Shown: one piece after another, positions 1 to 9,800 of the stretch
How the letters are laid out: every line of letters begins with the position of its first letter
How positions within the stretch are numbered: the stretch's first letter is position 1
Source of the DNA: Dehalococcoidia bacterium
GTDB taxonomy: Bacteria > Chloroflexota > Dehalococcoidia > Plut-88900
Assembly (NCBI GenBank): GCA_965197645.1
Contig: OZ240219.1
Coordinates: 1,568,001 to 1,632,000, forward strand
DNA length: 64,000 bases
Direction of reading: 5' to 3'
Program-made: the position numbers and the translations under genes
The notes under the pieces: model-generated
Database searches by the model: none
Seen by the model: the letters and a program-made list of their open reading frames with translations, nothing else
What the model was told of the DNA's origin: nothing

Positions 1-44
1 CGGATTTCGTCATCCTCTTAGAGCGGAATAACCCACAATCAGGC

Positions 45-1592
45 CTAGCTGCCCAGCAGTTGGTCTCCCAGCTTCATGCCGATGAGCATGCTCGATAGGT
101 TGGTATTGGCCAGGGGAATGGTAGGCATGATGGAGGCGTCGGCCACGTACAGGCCCTCCATCCCTCGCACCCGCCCTTGGCTGTCGACCACGGCCTCGGG
201 GTCCGAGTCCGGCCCCATCTTGCACGTGCCGACGGCGTGATTGTAGTTTCCTATGTTCAGCTTCAGATACTCGGTTATCTCGCTCTCGCCTGGAAGACGG
301 CTCAACGCCTCGGACTCCCTGTCGAAGGCCGAGGCCAGGGGTTCCCTCCCAGCGACGCTTCGCGCCAGGCTGAACCCGTGGGTCAGCACGGCCATATCCC
401 GGCCTTCGGGGTCTGACAGGTAGCGGGTGAGTATCCTCGGTGGAAGGTCCGGGCCTTTGCCCCTGAGCAGCACTTCTCCTCTGGACAGAGGGGCCATGTT
501 GCACACGAAAAGCTCCAGGGTCCGGTCCTCCAGGGTCCTGATGACTTGGGACGGCAGGATGTGAATGTCAAAGGCGCCCTGACAGTACGGGCTTTTGGCC
601 TTGAGTATCGTCTGACCGAGGTAGGTCGTTCGCTCGGCCTGGACCCGGGTTATGGTCTGCCACGTGCCGGAGTTGGGCAGGTACTGCATGAAGAACGAGG
701 GGTGATCGTGCAGGTTTCGCCCTACTCCGGGCAGACCGACTTTCACGTCGATGTCCAGCTCTCGAAGGTGGTGTCCGGGCCCGATCCCCGATCGCATGAG
801 TATGGCTGGAGAGCCGTATGTCCCGGCGCTGATCACCAGCCTTTCCGCCCTCAGCTCCACCACCCCGTCCTCGGACCGGCATACCGCTCCTACTGCCCTG
901 TTGCCCTCGATGATCAACCGGTCGGTTAGGGTCTCGGGCAGGATGGTGAGACCGGGATGCTGCCTCACCGGGTCGAGAAACGCCAGGCCTGCGTTCCACC
1001 TCACCGAGTCCTTGACGTTGACGTGGTAGGGGCCCACCCCCTCCTCCGGCTCCGGAGCGCTCATGTCGTCGGCCTTGGGAAAGCCGTCCGCCACGCATGC
1101 TTCTATGAAGTAGCGTTGATAGATGGACAGCTCGTCCTCCCTCATTCTTCTGGTGTAGAGGGGGCCGTTCCGGCCGCGGTACGGGCCGCTGGATTCGGGG
1201 GAGACCCCCTCGACCCGTTGTATCAGGGGCCGGAGGTCGTCGTATCTCCAGCCGGGGTTGCCGGCTTCGGCCCAGGCATCGTAGTCGGCGGGCAAACCCC
1301 AGATAGCGGCGCAGTCGTTGTGGGCGGAGCACCCGCCGACGACCTTGGCCCTGGCATCGACGAAGCTGGGGCCCTCCAGCCGTTCCACCTCGTAGCCCCA
1401 ATCGTGGGACACCGGGTCGTGCCTGGCATCAAGGAGCTCCGGCGGCCATCGGCCATCGTCCAGGTGCCCATAGTCCGGGCCTGCCTCCACCAGGCAGATG
1501 GACAGCCCGCTGGACTGGCAAAGCTGATAGGCCAGGGCACACCCGGCGGAGCCTGCGCCGATGATAACTACGTCGAACCGTTGTTTGTCCAT
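45..1592 (-). CDS. GMC family FAD oxidoreductase (choline dehydrogenase-like)
   Basis: N-terminal GAGSAG FAD motif, VGGCSAHN, GRNLHDH, C-terminal HAVGTCKMG and ANTN active-site His/Asn. Confidence 0.9.
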   Translation of the reverse strand: MDKQRFDVVIIGAGSAGCALAYQLCQSSGLSICLVEAGPDYGHLDDGRWPPELLDARHDPVSHDWGYEVERLEGPSFVDARAKVVGGCSAHNDCAAIWGLPADYDAWAEAGNPGWRYDDLRPLIQRVEGVSPESSGPYRGRNGPLYTRRMREDELSIYQRYFIEACVADGFPKADDMSAPEPEEGVGPYHVNVKDSVRWNAGLAFLDPVRQHPGLTILPETLTDRLIIEGNRAVGAVCRSEDGVVELRAERLVISAGTYGSPAILMRSGIGPGHHLRELDIDVKVGLPGVGRNLHDHPSFFMQYLPNSGTWQTITRVQAERTTYLGQTILKAKSPYCQGAFDIHILPSQVIRTLEDRTLELFVCNMAPLSRGEVLLRGKGPDLPPRILTRYLSDPEGRDMAVLTHGFSLARSVAGREPLASAFDRESEALSRLPGESEITEYLKLNIGNYNHAVGTCKMGPDSDPEAVVDSQGRVRGMEGLYVADASIMPTIPLANTNLSSMLIGMKLGDQLLGS

Positions 1593-1694
1593 ACTTCTCC
1601 TGATATGGGCGGGCGTTCCCTGGTTCCGGCTAACGGAGGCTTAGAGAGGTGAACCCTCCGAGGCTCAGCGGATCGCTGAGAGTATCAAAGCCCA

Positions 1695-2633
1695 TCAAGC
1701 CTCCACTGGGGGCAAGCCGTTTTCTCGTCGTATGTCGTTGATAATCTCCAGGACCCGGGTGGGGAAGGGAGCGTACTCCATCTCGAACTCCTGGAGCAGG
1801 CGGCTGTTGTCCACCAGGAAGTTCCCTGACTCCTCTCGTCCCCCTTCGCTGTCGAACTCTATGCGGGCGTCGGGGATGAACCCGCGCACCATGTCGGCCA
1901 ATTCGCCGAGACTTATGGGCGTTCCTCCCGAGTTGTAGACGGAGTGGTGAGGACTATCCGACAGCAGCACACGTGTAAACACCTCGGCGATATCCTCAAC
2001 GTGGATGGGAAGGCGCATTAGGGATTTCTGCGGCAATCGGATGGATTCGCCTCGGGCGGGAAGGGTTATGCACTGCACGTGGTCGATGGAGCCTCGCACT
2101 TTGTCGGGGCCCGTTACGTTTGCCGGGCGGACCCCGGTGATGGACATGCCGTAGTTGTCGATGTACTGCTGCGCCTGGAACTCGTTGAATATCTTGCACA
2201 TGGCGTACTGGCCCGTGCCGTAGCTGGTGTCATCCTCGTCGATCAGCCTCTCCCCGAAGTGGCTCTGTTGGCCGTTGACGACCAGGGAGCTGGCGTACAC
2301 CACCCTCTTCACACCGGAGAGCCTGGCCGCTTCGAAGCAGTTGTCCATGCCCAGGATGTTCAGCCTGACGGCATGGTGCGGCTGATCTTCGCCTCCCCCG
2401 AGCCGGTATGCCAGGTTCAGCAGGCGTTCGGGCTCCGCCTCCACGATGGCCCGCATCACGTCCTCGAACCTAGTCACGTCGCCCCGGATGACCTTGACTC
2501 GGTCCTCCAGCCCGTGGAATGAGGCGGCGAGGGGGTCCAGGTCCATGCAGACGACGTCCTCTCCCCTCTCGACCAGCCGGCGAATAACCCGCGGGCCGAT
2601 GAAACCGGTGCCGCCAACTACCAGTATGGCCAT
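1695..2633 (-). CDS. NAD-dependent epimerase/dehydratase (extended SDR)
   Basis: GGTGFIG Rossmann motif and YAMCK (YxxxK); start moved to ATG 2633 (MAILVVGG), which follows a GGAGG RBS. Confidence 0.88.
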   Translation of the reverse strand: MAILVVGGTGFIGPRVIRRLVERGEDVVCMDLDPLAASFHGLEDRVKVIRGDVTRFEDVMRAIVEAEPERLLNLAYRLGGGEDQPHHAVRLNILGMDNCFEAARLSGVKRVVYASSLVVNGQQSHFGERLIDEDDTSYGTGQYAMCKIFNEFQAQQYIDNYGMSITGVRPANVTGPDKVRGSIDHVQCITLPARGESIRLPQKSLMRLPIHVEDIAEVFTRVLLSDSPHHSVYNSGGTPISLGELADMVRGFIPDARIEFDSEGGREESGNFLVDNSRLLQEFEMEYAPFPTRVLEIINDIRRENGLPPVEA

Positions 2634-2736
2634 GTTGCTTTCCTCCCGGCAGACGATACGGTCCGCACCTCGATTTCCCAAGCCCGGACGCTATGCTTCC
2701 AGCCTTTGCCGCTTCGTACTAGATTACGGTGGCAGG

Positions 2737-3819
2737 TCAGTCGAAGCTGATGACGCTGCGAGCCACCTCACCCTTCGCCAGTACATCGAAGGAATCGTTG
2801 ATCTGGTCCAGAGGAAAACTCCTTGTGACCAGCTCGTCCAGCTTTAGCTTGCCCGCCTTGTACAGGTCTAGCAACCGGTTGAACTCGATGTGGGGTCTGG
2901 CGCTGCCGTACATCGAAGCTATGATCGTCTTTTCCGGCATGAGGGCCCTGGCATCTATCGTGACTGGCGTGTTCATGGGCGCATGTCCAACCCAGACAGA
3001 GATCCCCCTCGAGCGGGTGCACAACACGCTCTGCACGAAGGGCGCCTCTACCAGGCCGATGGCCTCGAAGGCGTAGTGCACGCCCTTCCCATCGGTGAGC
3101 CGGCGGATACCCTCCACCGGGTCCTCCCTGGAGGAGTTGACGACGTCCGTGGCGCCGAACTCCCGGCCCAGCTCCAGCTTGCTATCCAGTAGGTCCACGG
3201 CGATGATGGTGGTCGCGCCGGCGATAGCCGCCCCCTGGATGCAGTTGAGCCCGACTCCGCCGCAACCGAAGACGGCGACGGTACTCCCCGGCTGTACCTG
3301 GGCCGTGTTTATGGCCGCACCCACACCAGTGGTAACCCCGCAACCGACCAACGCCGCCTGGGGAAAGGGCACGTCTTTGTCTATGGGGATGGCCGCTACC
3401 TCCGGCACTACGGTGTAGCTTCCGAAGGTCCCCAGGCCGGCCATCTGGGTTACCGGCGTCTCCGTGGCCGTAACCACGGGCTCTGCCTCTACGGCGGGCG
3501 CGTTGCCGCACAGATTGGGCCACCCTTTCTGACACATCTCGCACACGCCGCAGCTGGTCTGCCAGGAGAGCACTACGTGGTCGCCCGGTTTCACGCCGGT
3601 CACGTTGGGCCCGACCGCCTCGACTATGCCCGCCCCCTCATGGCCCAGAACTGTCGGCAGCTTGGGATCGGTCCATTCGCCTTTCACCACGTGCCAGTCC
3701 GAGTGACACACGCCGCTGGCCATCATCTTCACCAGCGCTTCACCCGGGCCCGGCTCCTGAAGTGACACGTCCTCGACCCTCAGAGGAGCATTTGCTTCGT
3801 ACAACACCGCAGCTTTCAT
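2737..3819 (-). CDS. Zn-dependent alcohol dehydrogenase (MDR, class III-like)
   Basis: CHSD, GHEGAG, CxxCxxCxxxxxxxC structural Zn site, GCGGVG; GGAGG RBS. Confidence 0.92.
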   Translation of the reverse strand: MKAAVLYEANAPLRVEDVSLQEPGPGEALVKMMASGVCHSDWHVVKGEWTDPKLPTVLGHEGAGIVEAVGPNVTGVKPGDHVVLSWQTSCGVCEMCQKGWPNLCGNAPAVEAEPVVTATETPVTQMAGLGTFGSYTVVPEVAAIPIDKDVPFPQAALVGCGVTTGVGAAINTAQVQPGSTVAVFGCGGVGLNCIQGAAIAGATTIIAVDLLDSKLELGREFGATDVVNSSREDPVEGIRRLTDGKGVHYAFEAIGLVEAPFVQSVLCTRSRGISVWVGHAPMNTPVTIDARALMPEKTIIASMYGSARPHIEFNRLLDLYKAGKLKLDELVTRSFPLDQINDSFDVLAKGEVARSVISFD

Positions 3820-3931
3820 ATATGGAGCCTCCTTCCGCTATTGCACTGTCGTATTCTACACCGCGCGCCGCCCACCGGTTCAATCCAGTGAGTCCGGATA
3901 GCTTCCCTCCGGCAGGGAAAGCGACGCGCTA

Positions 3932-3970
3932 GATTGCCACGCCCCGACAAGGTCGTGGCTCGCAATGACA
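3932..3970. repeat. REP-like palindromic element (GATTGC...CGCAATGAC type)
   Basis: GATTGCCACGCCCCGACAAGGTCGTGGCTCGCAATGAC with an internal hairpin; resembles GTCATTGCGAG-type REPs. Confidence 0.55.
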
Positions 3971-4089
3971 GAGAGGGTGGTTCTCAACCCAGGGCGAGGC
4001 GGAAGAACCACCTGGGGTGCTCTTCCCGGTCAAGGATTGAGAGAAGGTTGTTGCTGAGGAACACCACTTCGGCGGCCTCAGAGCCGGCT

Positions 4090-4161
4090 CTCAGACTCCC
4101 GGCAAACGGGTTTAGCCGCTCTCTTCTCTCATGTTATGGGTGCAGAGCCTCGCCCTGCTAG
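4090..4161. repeat. Partial copy of the intergenic palindromic repeat at 23853-24003
   Basis: Reverse complement of 4090-4103 equals 23901-23914 (14/14); both regions end in CCCTGCTAG overlapping a stop codon. Confidence 0.55.
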
Positions 4162-5852
4162 CCCACCATATCGTAGCTGCGGAGCAGCTTACCGGGCAAA
4201 GCTCCCGTGCAGGCGTTCTCCTCGAAGGTAACCTCCCCGTTGACCAGGGTATAGCGGAGTCCCGTGGGCTTCTGGATCAGGCGGCGCTCGCCACCGGGAA
4301 AGTCATTGTCGAATATGGCCTTGTCGTACATGAACCCCAGCTCGTCCTGGTCGTAGACGATGATGTCAGCCCAGTTGCCCACTCTGAGGGTGCCGCGGTC
4401 CTTGAAGTCGGCCAGCCAGGCCGGCAGGGCACTGATCTTGTAATGGCCCTCCTCCAGGGTCATAAGGTTTTGATCCCGGATCCAGTGGGACAGGAAGTAG
4501 ACGGGCCACGTGCTGACGGTGAGGTATCTGGTATGGGCGCCGCCGTCGGAGACGGAGACGTGGCTGTAGGGGTCTTTGATGCCACGGGCAACGACCTCCT
4601 CGTCCTCATCGGCCGCCATGTGGCTGAACTCGGTCTGCAATTGCTCATCGATGGCCAGGTCCAACATGGCGTCCAGCGGGTGCTTCCCTTGCAGCCGGCC
4701 AATCTCGGCCACGCTGAGCCCGTCGTATTTTCCGTTTCGCTCGTAGGAGGTCTCCACCACCCTCACCTCTTCCCAGTTGGTGCGGAGAAGGTGCAGTTGC
4801 TCGGTGCTTTCCTCCACGTCCCTCTTCATGGCCTCTCGGGTTGCGGGAACGCTGAGCTTGGCCATGCGGTCCTCTATGCCGCCGACCAGCGGCTGCACCC
4901 AGTTGGGCATGTAGTCGAAGAGATTGTACTCCGCCAGCGTGAACTGGGCCGGAACCGCAACGGCAAGCTCCTGGGTTAGCACATTGAACCCCTCGGCACG
5001 GGCCGATTCGAGCCAGGGACCGGCGTCCCTATCAACGCCAACATTTAGCGGGCGGCCACTGACCCTCATCATCTGCGAGAGCAGATCGTACTGCTCTCCC
5101 CGCTGCTCCGCCGTGTGCCCCAGGCCTACGGTCCATCCGATGTGCCCCACGCCGAACTCCGCCATAACCTCGGCGAGCGCTACGTACTCCTCTGTCGAGG
5201 CTACGTGGCTCGGAAGGAAGCTGCCGTCTTCCGGCCGGTCTTCCATGTTCATGTCGGCGGAGATTCCAAAGGCCCCTGCCTTCATCCCGTCGTACATGAT
5301 CTGCTTCATCTCGTTAAGCTCGGCGTCGGTTACCGAGGTCCTCTCCCGGGCAGGTATCATGCCGAGCACGTAGCCGCGCAACGGGGAGAAGGGCACCAGT
5401 GCACCCACGTTTACACCCAGGCCCTGGCGGTCCAGGCTGTCCATGTATTCCGGGAAGGTCTCCCAGTCCCAGCGCATCCCCTGCCTCATCGACTCAAGGG
5501 GGATGGCTTCGATACGGTTCATCATCCGCATGTTCAGGTCCCGGTCCTCGGGCCTCGTGGGAGCGAAGCCGAAGCCGCACTGGCCGATGGTCAGCGATGT
5601 TACGCCGTGCCAGCCGGAGAGGGTGGCATATGGGTCCCAGTTGAGCTGCGCGTCATAGTGGGTGTGGAGATCGACGGCGCCTGGCGCTACGATGCAGCCT
5701 GCGGCATCGATCTCTTTGGCGCCCGCGGGGTTGATCTTGCCGCTGATCTTGGCAACCCTCCCGCCTTTGATGGCCATGTCCCCCTTGTACCGAGGGATGC
5801 CGGTGCCGTCCACGATGGTCCCGCCGCGAATAACCAGGTCATACTCAGCCAT
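4158..5852 (-). CDS. N-acyl-D-amino-acid deacylase family amidohydrolase
   Basis: DLVIRGGTIVDGTG start, DLHTHYD, GQCG, SDGGAH, C-terminal PGKLLR; start may instead be 5879. Confidence 0.88.
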   Translation of the reverse strand: MAEYDLVIRGGTIVDGTGIPRYKGDMAIKGGRVAKISGKINPAGAKEIDAAGCIVAPGAVDLHTHYDAQLNWDPYATLSGWHGVTSLTIGQCGFGFAPTRPEDRDLNMRMMNRIEAIPLESMRQGMRWDWETFPEYMDSLDRQGLGVNVGALVPFSPLRGYVLGMIPARERTSVTDAELNEMKQIMYDGMKAGAFGISADMNMEDRPEDGSFLPSHVASTEEYVALAEVMAEFGVGHIGWTVGLGHTAEQRGEQYDLLSQMMRVSGRPLNVGVDRDAGPWLESARAEGFNVLTQELAVAVPAQFTLAEYNLFDYMPNWVQPLVGGIEDRMAKLSVPATREAMKRDVEESTEQLHLLRTNWEEVRVVETSYERNGKYDGLSVAEIGRLQGKHPLDAMLDLAIDEQLQTEFSHMAADEDEEVVARGIKDPYSHVSVSDGGAHTRYLTVSTWPVYFLSHWIRDQNLMTLEEGHYKISALPAWLADFKDRGTLRVGNWADIIVYDQDELGFMYDKAIFDNDFPGGERRLIQKPTGLRYTLVNGEVTFEENACTGALPGKLLRSYDMVG

Positions 5853-6066
5853 GTCACACTCCTGTCCTTTGTCGTCCACTTCCCAGGCTATAAACCGACC
5901 TTTCCACTAGGTAGATGATACGCTGAATCATGCCTGGACGCCAGTCCTCCATCTCGAACTAGGCGTCTTCTTTCAAAGGGCTCGGGAGCAGCCGGCCGCG
6001 CCTGGAACGCTTCTGGACTATAGTCCCGTGCTAGAATACGATGGCGCTCCAGTTGAGGATGTCCCC

Positions 6067-7065
6067 ATGAAGCTCGGTATCTCGATAAATGAACCCCTTA
6101 CCTTCACCCAACGGGTGGATCTGGCGAAGTATTGCGAAGACCAAGGCTTCGACTCCATTTGGACCGGTGAGGGAGGGCTGTCCGAAGATGCAATCGTGCC
6201 GCTGGCGCTTTTTGCCAACGCCACCAACCGGATTCGGCTGGGGACGGGGATAATACCCAACAAGTCCCGTATAGCGCCCCTAATCGCCGTCACCTTTCGT
6301 ACCCTCGACAAGGTCGCACCGGGGAGGTTGATGCTCGGGCTGGGCGCTTGGTGGGAGCCGCTGGCCAGCAGCGTTGGGACGCCGGTCAAGAAGCCTATTC
6401 GCGCTATGAGAGAGTACATAACGGTGATACGGGACCTGCTTCGGGGAAACACCGTTACCTTACACGGTGAGTTCGTCAACGTAGAGAGCATCCGCCTCGA
6501 CCCCGTGTCCCAGGATGCTCGGCCCCTGGACATTCCCATATACATTGGCGCCGTGGGGTTTCAAATGATGCGGCTATGTGGACAGATCGCCGAAGGATGT
6601 TTGCTAGACTTTCTTGTTCCGGTGGATTACAACCTCAAAGCGGTGGCCGAAATTCGCCGCGGGGCCGAGGAGTCGGGACGATCACTGGAGCAAATCGACC
6701 GGCCTCAGCTTGTAGCTTGTTGCGTCAACAACGAAGACCCTCGAGAAGCGGTAGACGCCTGCCGTTACATGTTGACCGAGTATATCGGTCAGCAGCCCCA
6801 CATCACCAAGCACAGCGGAGTCCCGGAGGAAGTCATCGCCGCGGTCAAGTCGGAGATTGGCTGGCCGGCCACCGACGAAGCCATACGCAGGGCGATGCGA
6901 CACGTTTCCGACGAGATGGTAAAGTCTGTCGCTGCCTGCGGCACAGTCTCGGATGCCCTCGAGAAGATGGAGGAGTACATCGCAACTGGGGCTACGGTCC
7001 CCGTCGTGACGCCGCTGGGTGATGTTCGACGCACCGTCGAGGCGATAGCACCGGCGGCAACCTAG
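6067..7065 (+). CDS. LLM class flavin-dependent (F420/Mer-like) oxidoreductase
   Basis: GFDSIWTGE, ATNRIRLGTGI, GRLMLGLG, PIYIGAVG; ATG 6067 after GAGGA; extended -10 TGCTAGAAT at 6029-6037. Confidence 0.88.
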   Translation: MKLGISINEPLTFTQRVDLAKYCEDQGFDSIWTGEGGLSEDAIVPLALFANATNRIRLGTGIIPNKSRIAPLIAVTFRTLDKVAPGRLMLGLGAWWEPLASSVGTPVKKPIRAMREYITVIRDLLRGNTVTLHGEFVNVESIRLDPVSQDARPLDIPIYIGAVGFQMMRLCGQIAEGCLLDFLVPVDYNLKAVAEIRRGAEESGRSLEQIDRPQLVACCVNNEDPREAVDACRYMLTEYIGQQPHITKHSGVPEEVIAAVKSEIGWPATDEAIRRAMRHVSDEMVKSVAACGTVSDALEKMEEYIATGATVPVVTPLGDVRRTVEAIAPAAT

Positions 7066-7352
7066 GACTTCTTACTCGTCTGCCGGCGTATCCCCGTTCC
7101 GAGTTGCCCGCTGATGGTACAATTGCTTCCAGTGGCGCACATTGGGGAGGGGGTGCCGCCCGCGATCCAAAGCTCCCCGGCATCAACCCCTCTCAGACTT
7201 CTTGGAGATGTTGGAAAGGCGGTGGCCAGGCCATGAGGTTTCGTTCCGGGACAACCCTGCCAAGAGCCGAGGTCCGCCTTCGGGTTCACTGCGAGGAACG
7301 TAGTCTGGCATCGAACGGTTTCTGTTTACCGGTAGGGAGGATAAGCTAACTG

Positions 7353-7496
7353 GTGAGCAAGGAGTCGGGCTTGGCCGAGATGCAGGACAAGGTTGCCGCC
7401 CTGGAAACCAAAGTCGCTGACCAAGGCCGGGTGATCAAGGACCTTCAGGAGACCGTGCGAGAAGTCTTGATGAAGATAGCCCGTATCAAGTGGTAG
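7353..7496 (+). CDS. Small coiled-coil protein (47 aa from GTG 7353, or 38 aa from ATG 7380); not in the ORF track
   Basis: Reads (V)SKESGLAEMQDKVAALETKVADQGRVIKDLQETVREVLMKIARIKW-stop; upstream GGGAGG; heptad pattern; host-like codon usage. Confidence 0.55.
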   Translation: MSKESGLAEMQDKVAALETKVADQGRVIKDLQETVREVLMKIARIKW

Positions 7497-7524
7497 AAGC
7501 AGAAGGCTGCAAAAGGAGGCCGCG

Positions 7525-7848
7525 ATGATTTACGAATACCGGGTGTATTACGCAGAGCCAGGCAAGATGAACGACCTCAACAACCGCTTTGCCAACCACA
7601 CCGACGCCTTGTTCGCAAAGCACAACATGAAATCGATCGGGTACTGGGTGCAGGAGGGCAAGCAGGAAGAGGTCCTGATCTATATCCTCGCCTTCGAAAG
7701 CAAGGAACAGATGGACAAGGCCTGGGACGACTTTGAGAAGGACCCGGAGTGGGCAACCGTGCAGGCCGAGAGCGAGACCAACGGACCCCTGATATCCGGG
7801 GTAGAAAACTTCATCATGTACCCCACCAGCTACTCGCCGTTGCAGTAA
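7525..7848 (+). CDS. NIPSNAP family protein
   Basis: MIYEYRVY, AWDDFEKDPEW, PTSYSPLQ; AGGAGG RBS. Confidence 0.9.
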   Translation: MIYEYRVYYAEPGKMNDLNNRFANHTDALFAKHNMKSIGYWVQEGKQEEVLIYILAFESKEQMDKAWDDFEKDPEWATVQAESETNGPLISGVENFIMYPTSYSPLQ

Positions 7849-7878
7849 GCGCAGAGAGCAAACCTCGGGAGGTGAACC

Positions 7879-8196
7879 ATGATCCACGAGCTCAGAACGT
7901 ACCACGTAGCCGAGGGCAAGATGGACGTCAACCACAAGGCTTTCACCGACGTCATCATCCCCATCCTCACAGAGCAAAAGGCCGGGTTCTCCGGGTTCTG
8001 GGAGCAGCAGGACAACGACAGGCGGACCTTCGTCTACATGCTGAGCTTCGACGATAACGACCACATGAAGCGGGCCTGGGGCAACTTCGGAGGGGACGAG
8101 AGGTGGAAGGGCTTCCTGGCCGGCCTGGGTGACGAAAAGGTCTGGGAAGGCACCGAGAGCGTTGTCCTGGAGTCTACCGAATACTCGAACGCGTAG
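7879..8196 (+). CDS. NIPSNAP family protein (second paralog)
   Basis: MIHELRTY, AWGNFGGDERW, TEYS; GGAGG RBS. Confidence 0.85.
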   Translation: MIHELRTYHVAEGKMDVNHKAFTDVIIPILTEQKAGFSGFWEQQDNDRRTFVYMLSFDDNDHMKRAWGNFGGDERWKGFLAGLGDEKVWEGTESVVLESTEYSNA

Positions 8197-8375
8197 GCGT
8201 CTCCGGCAATCGCTTGCTTCCACCCAGCAGAGAGTAAGACCTCTCAGCCCGGTGCGGCGTCCGTATCAAGACTCGTTTCCCCGTCGGTCCGACGGAATGC
8301 TTGACGGACTGGTGGGATGGTAATACCCTTGCCTCAATCTCCACAGTGTTTAGTTAGGACAGCGAGGAGGAACTC

Positions 8376-9686
8376 ATGGCGAAGATAGAAGAGAACTTCG
8401 ACGAGCTTGGCCAGTCCATACTGGACCACTACTGGATGCCCTACACCCAGTATGAGGACCAGGCGGCCGCGGGCGGCCCCAAGTTCATCGTCGATGCGGA
8501 TGGCATCCGCATGACGGACAGCGACGGAAACACCTATATCGATGGCATGGCGGGACTCGCACTGGTGAATGTCGGACACGGCAGAAGTGAGATCGCCGAA
8601 GCTGTGGCCGAGCAGCTCAACCACGTGCACTACGCCAACACCTTCGTGTACGGGTCGGTGCCCGTCGCCAAGCTGGCGGACAAGCTGGCCGATCTGGCCC
8701 CCGGCGACCTGAGCCGAGTGTTCCTCGCCAGCGGCGGCTCGGAGGCCGTGGACACGGCCCTCAAGATAGCCCGGCAGTACCACGTCAACAACGGCGAGCC
8801 CCAGAGGACCAAGATAATCTCCCGGCGCGGCTCCTACCATGGTGTGAGCATCGGCGCATTGAGCGTCAATACCGCCCCGGTGGTACAGCGAAAGGTATGG
8901 GAGCCACTGCTGGCGCCGATGCGGGCCGTGGGTCCGGACCCCGAGGAGGTGGCCGATCTGGTGAAGTTCGAAGGGCCGGACACCTTCGCTGCCTTCATCA
9001 CCGAGCCCATCAGCTTCAGCCGCGGCGTCGAGGTGCCCGACGACAGCTACTGGCCCCGGATGAGGGAGATCTGCAACGAGCACGGCATCATCATGATCGC
9101 CGATGAGGTGATCAACGGCTTCGGGCGCACCGGAAAGATGTTCGCCATGGAGCACTGGGGCGTAATCCCCGACATGATGACCTTCGCCAAGGGCGTGACC
9201 AGCGGATACATGCCGGTGGGCGGCGTAATCGCAAGCCCCAAGGTCTACGACGCCTTCAAGGGCGACGCTACCCAGACCTTCACTCACGGCTACACCTACT
9301 CAGGTCACCCTGCCGGAGCAGCAGCGGCCCTCGCCAACCTCGACATACTGGAGCGAGAGAACCTGGTGGACAACGCTGCAGAGGTGGGCGACTACCTTAT
9401 AGGGCAGCTTGGCACTCTGAAAGAGCACTCCATGGTCAAGGAGATCCACGGAATAGGACTGCTGACGGCCGTTCACCTGACCAAGGACAAGGCTACCGGG
9501 GAACCCCTGGACAAGACGGACCCGCGCGTAAAGAGCCTGGACGAGAAGCTGATGAGCAAGGGACTGCTGACCAGGAGCTTCCCCAACATCTCCCTCGCTC
9601 CACCTCTGAACATCACAAAAGAGGAAGTGGACGAGATGGTGGGGATCATCGACGAAGCCCTCACCGAGGTTGAATCCGGGAAGTAA
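8376..9686 (+). CDS. Class III PLP aminotransferase (omega-amine:pyruvate transaminase-like)
   Basis: SGGSEA, YHG, IADEVINGFGRTG, TFAKGVTSGY (PLP Lys), HGYTYSGHP. Confidence 0.92.
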   Translation: MAKIEENFDELGQSILDHYWMPYTQYEDQAAAGGPKFIVDADGIRMTDSDGNTYIDGMAGLALVNVGHGRSEIAEAVAEQLNHVHYANTFVYGSVPVAKLADKLADLAPGDLSRVFLASGGSEAVDTALKIARQYHVNNGEPQRTKIISRRGSYHGVSIGALSVNTAPVVQRKVWEPLLAPMRAVGPDPEEVADLVKFEGPDTFAAFITEPISFSRGVEVPDDSYWPRMREICNEHGIIMIADEVINGFGRTGKMFAMEHWGVIPDMMTFAKGVTSGYMPVGGVIASPKVYDAFKGDATQTFTHGYTYSGHPAGAAAALANLDILERENLVDNAAEVGDYLIGQLGTLKEHSMVKEIHGIGLLTAVHLTKDKATGEPLDKTDPRVKSLDEKLMSKGLLTRSFPNISLAPPLNITKEEVDEMVGIIDEALTEVESGK

Positions 9687-9708
9687 CCTCTAGCTTACGG
9701 GAACTGAA

Positions 9709-9746
9709 AGAGGGGCCGTTCCACGGAACGGCCCCTCTGCTTTTTT
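9709..9746 (+). terminator. Intrinsic terminator between convergent genes
   Basis: AGAGGGGCCGTTCC / GGAACGGCCCCTCT perfect inverted repeat followed by GCTTTTTT. Confidence 0.85.
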
Positions 9747-9800
9747 GGCGGTAAAACAGCAGTCGCTTTGTGGTTACCCAGACGGCTGGCAGCCTTGTGA

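Noticed and set aside
45-3819. GMC oxidoreductase + Zn-ADH as a mycofactocin-linked module
   Set aside because: No mft genes or precursor peptide are in the window, and the motifs do not distinguish these from generic family members.
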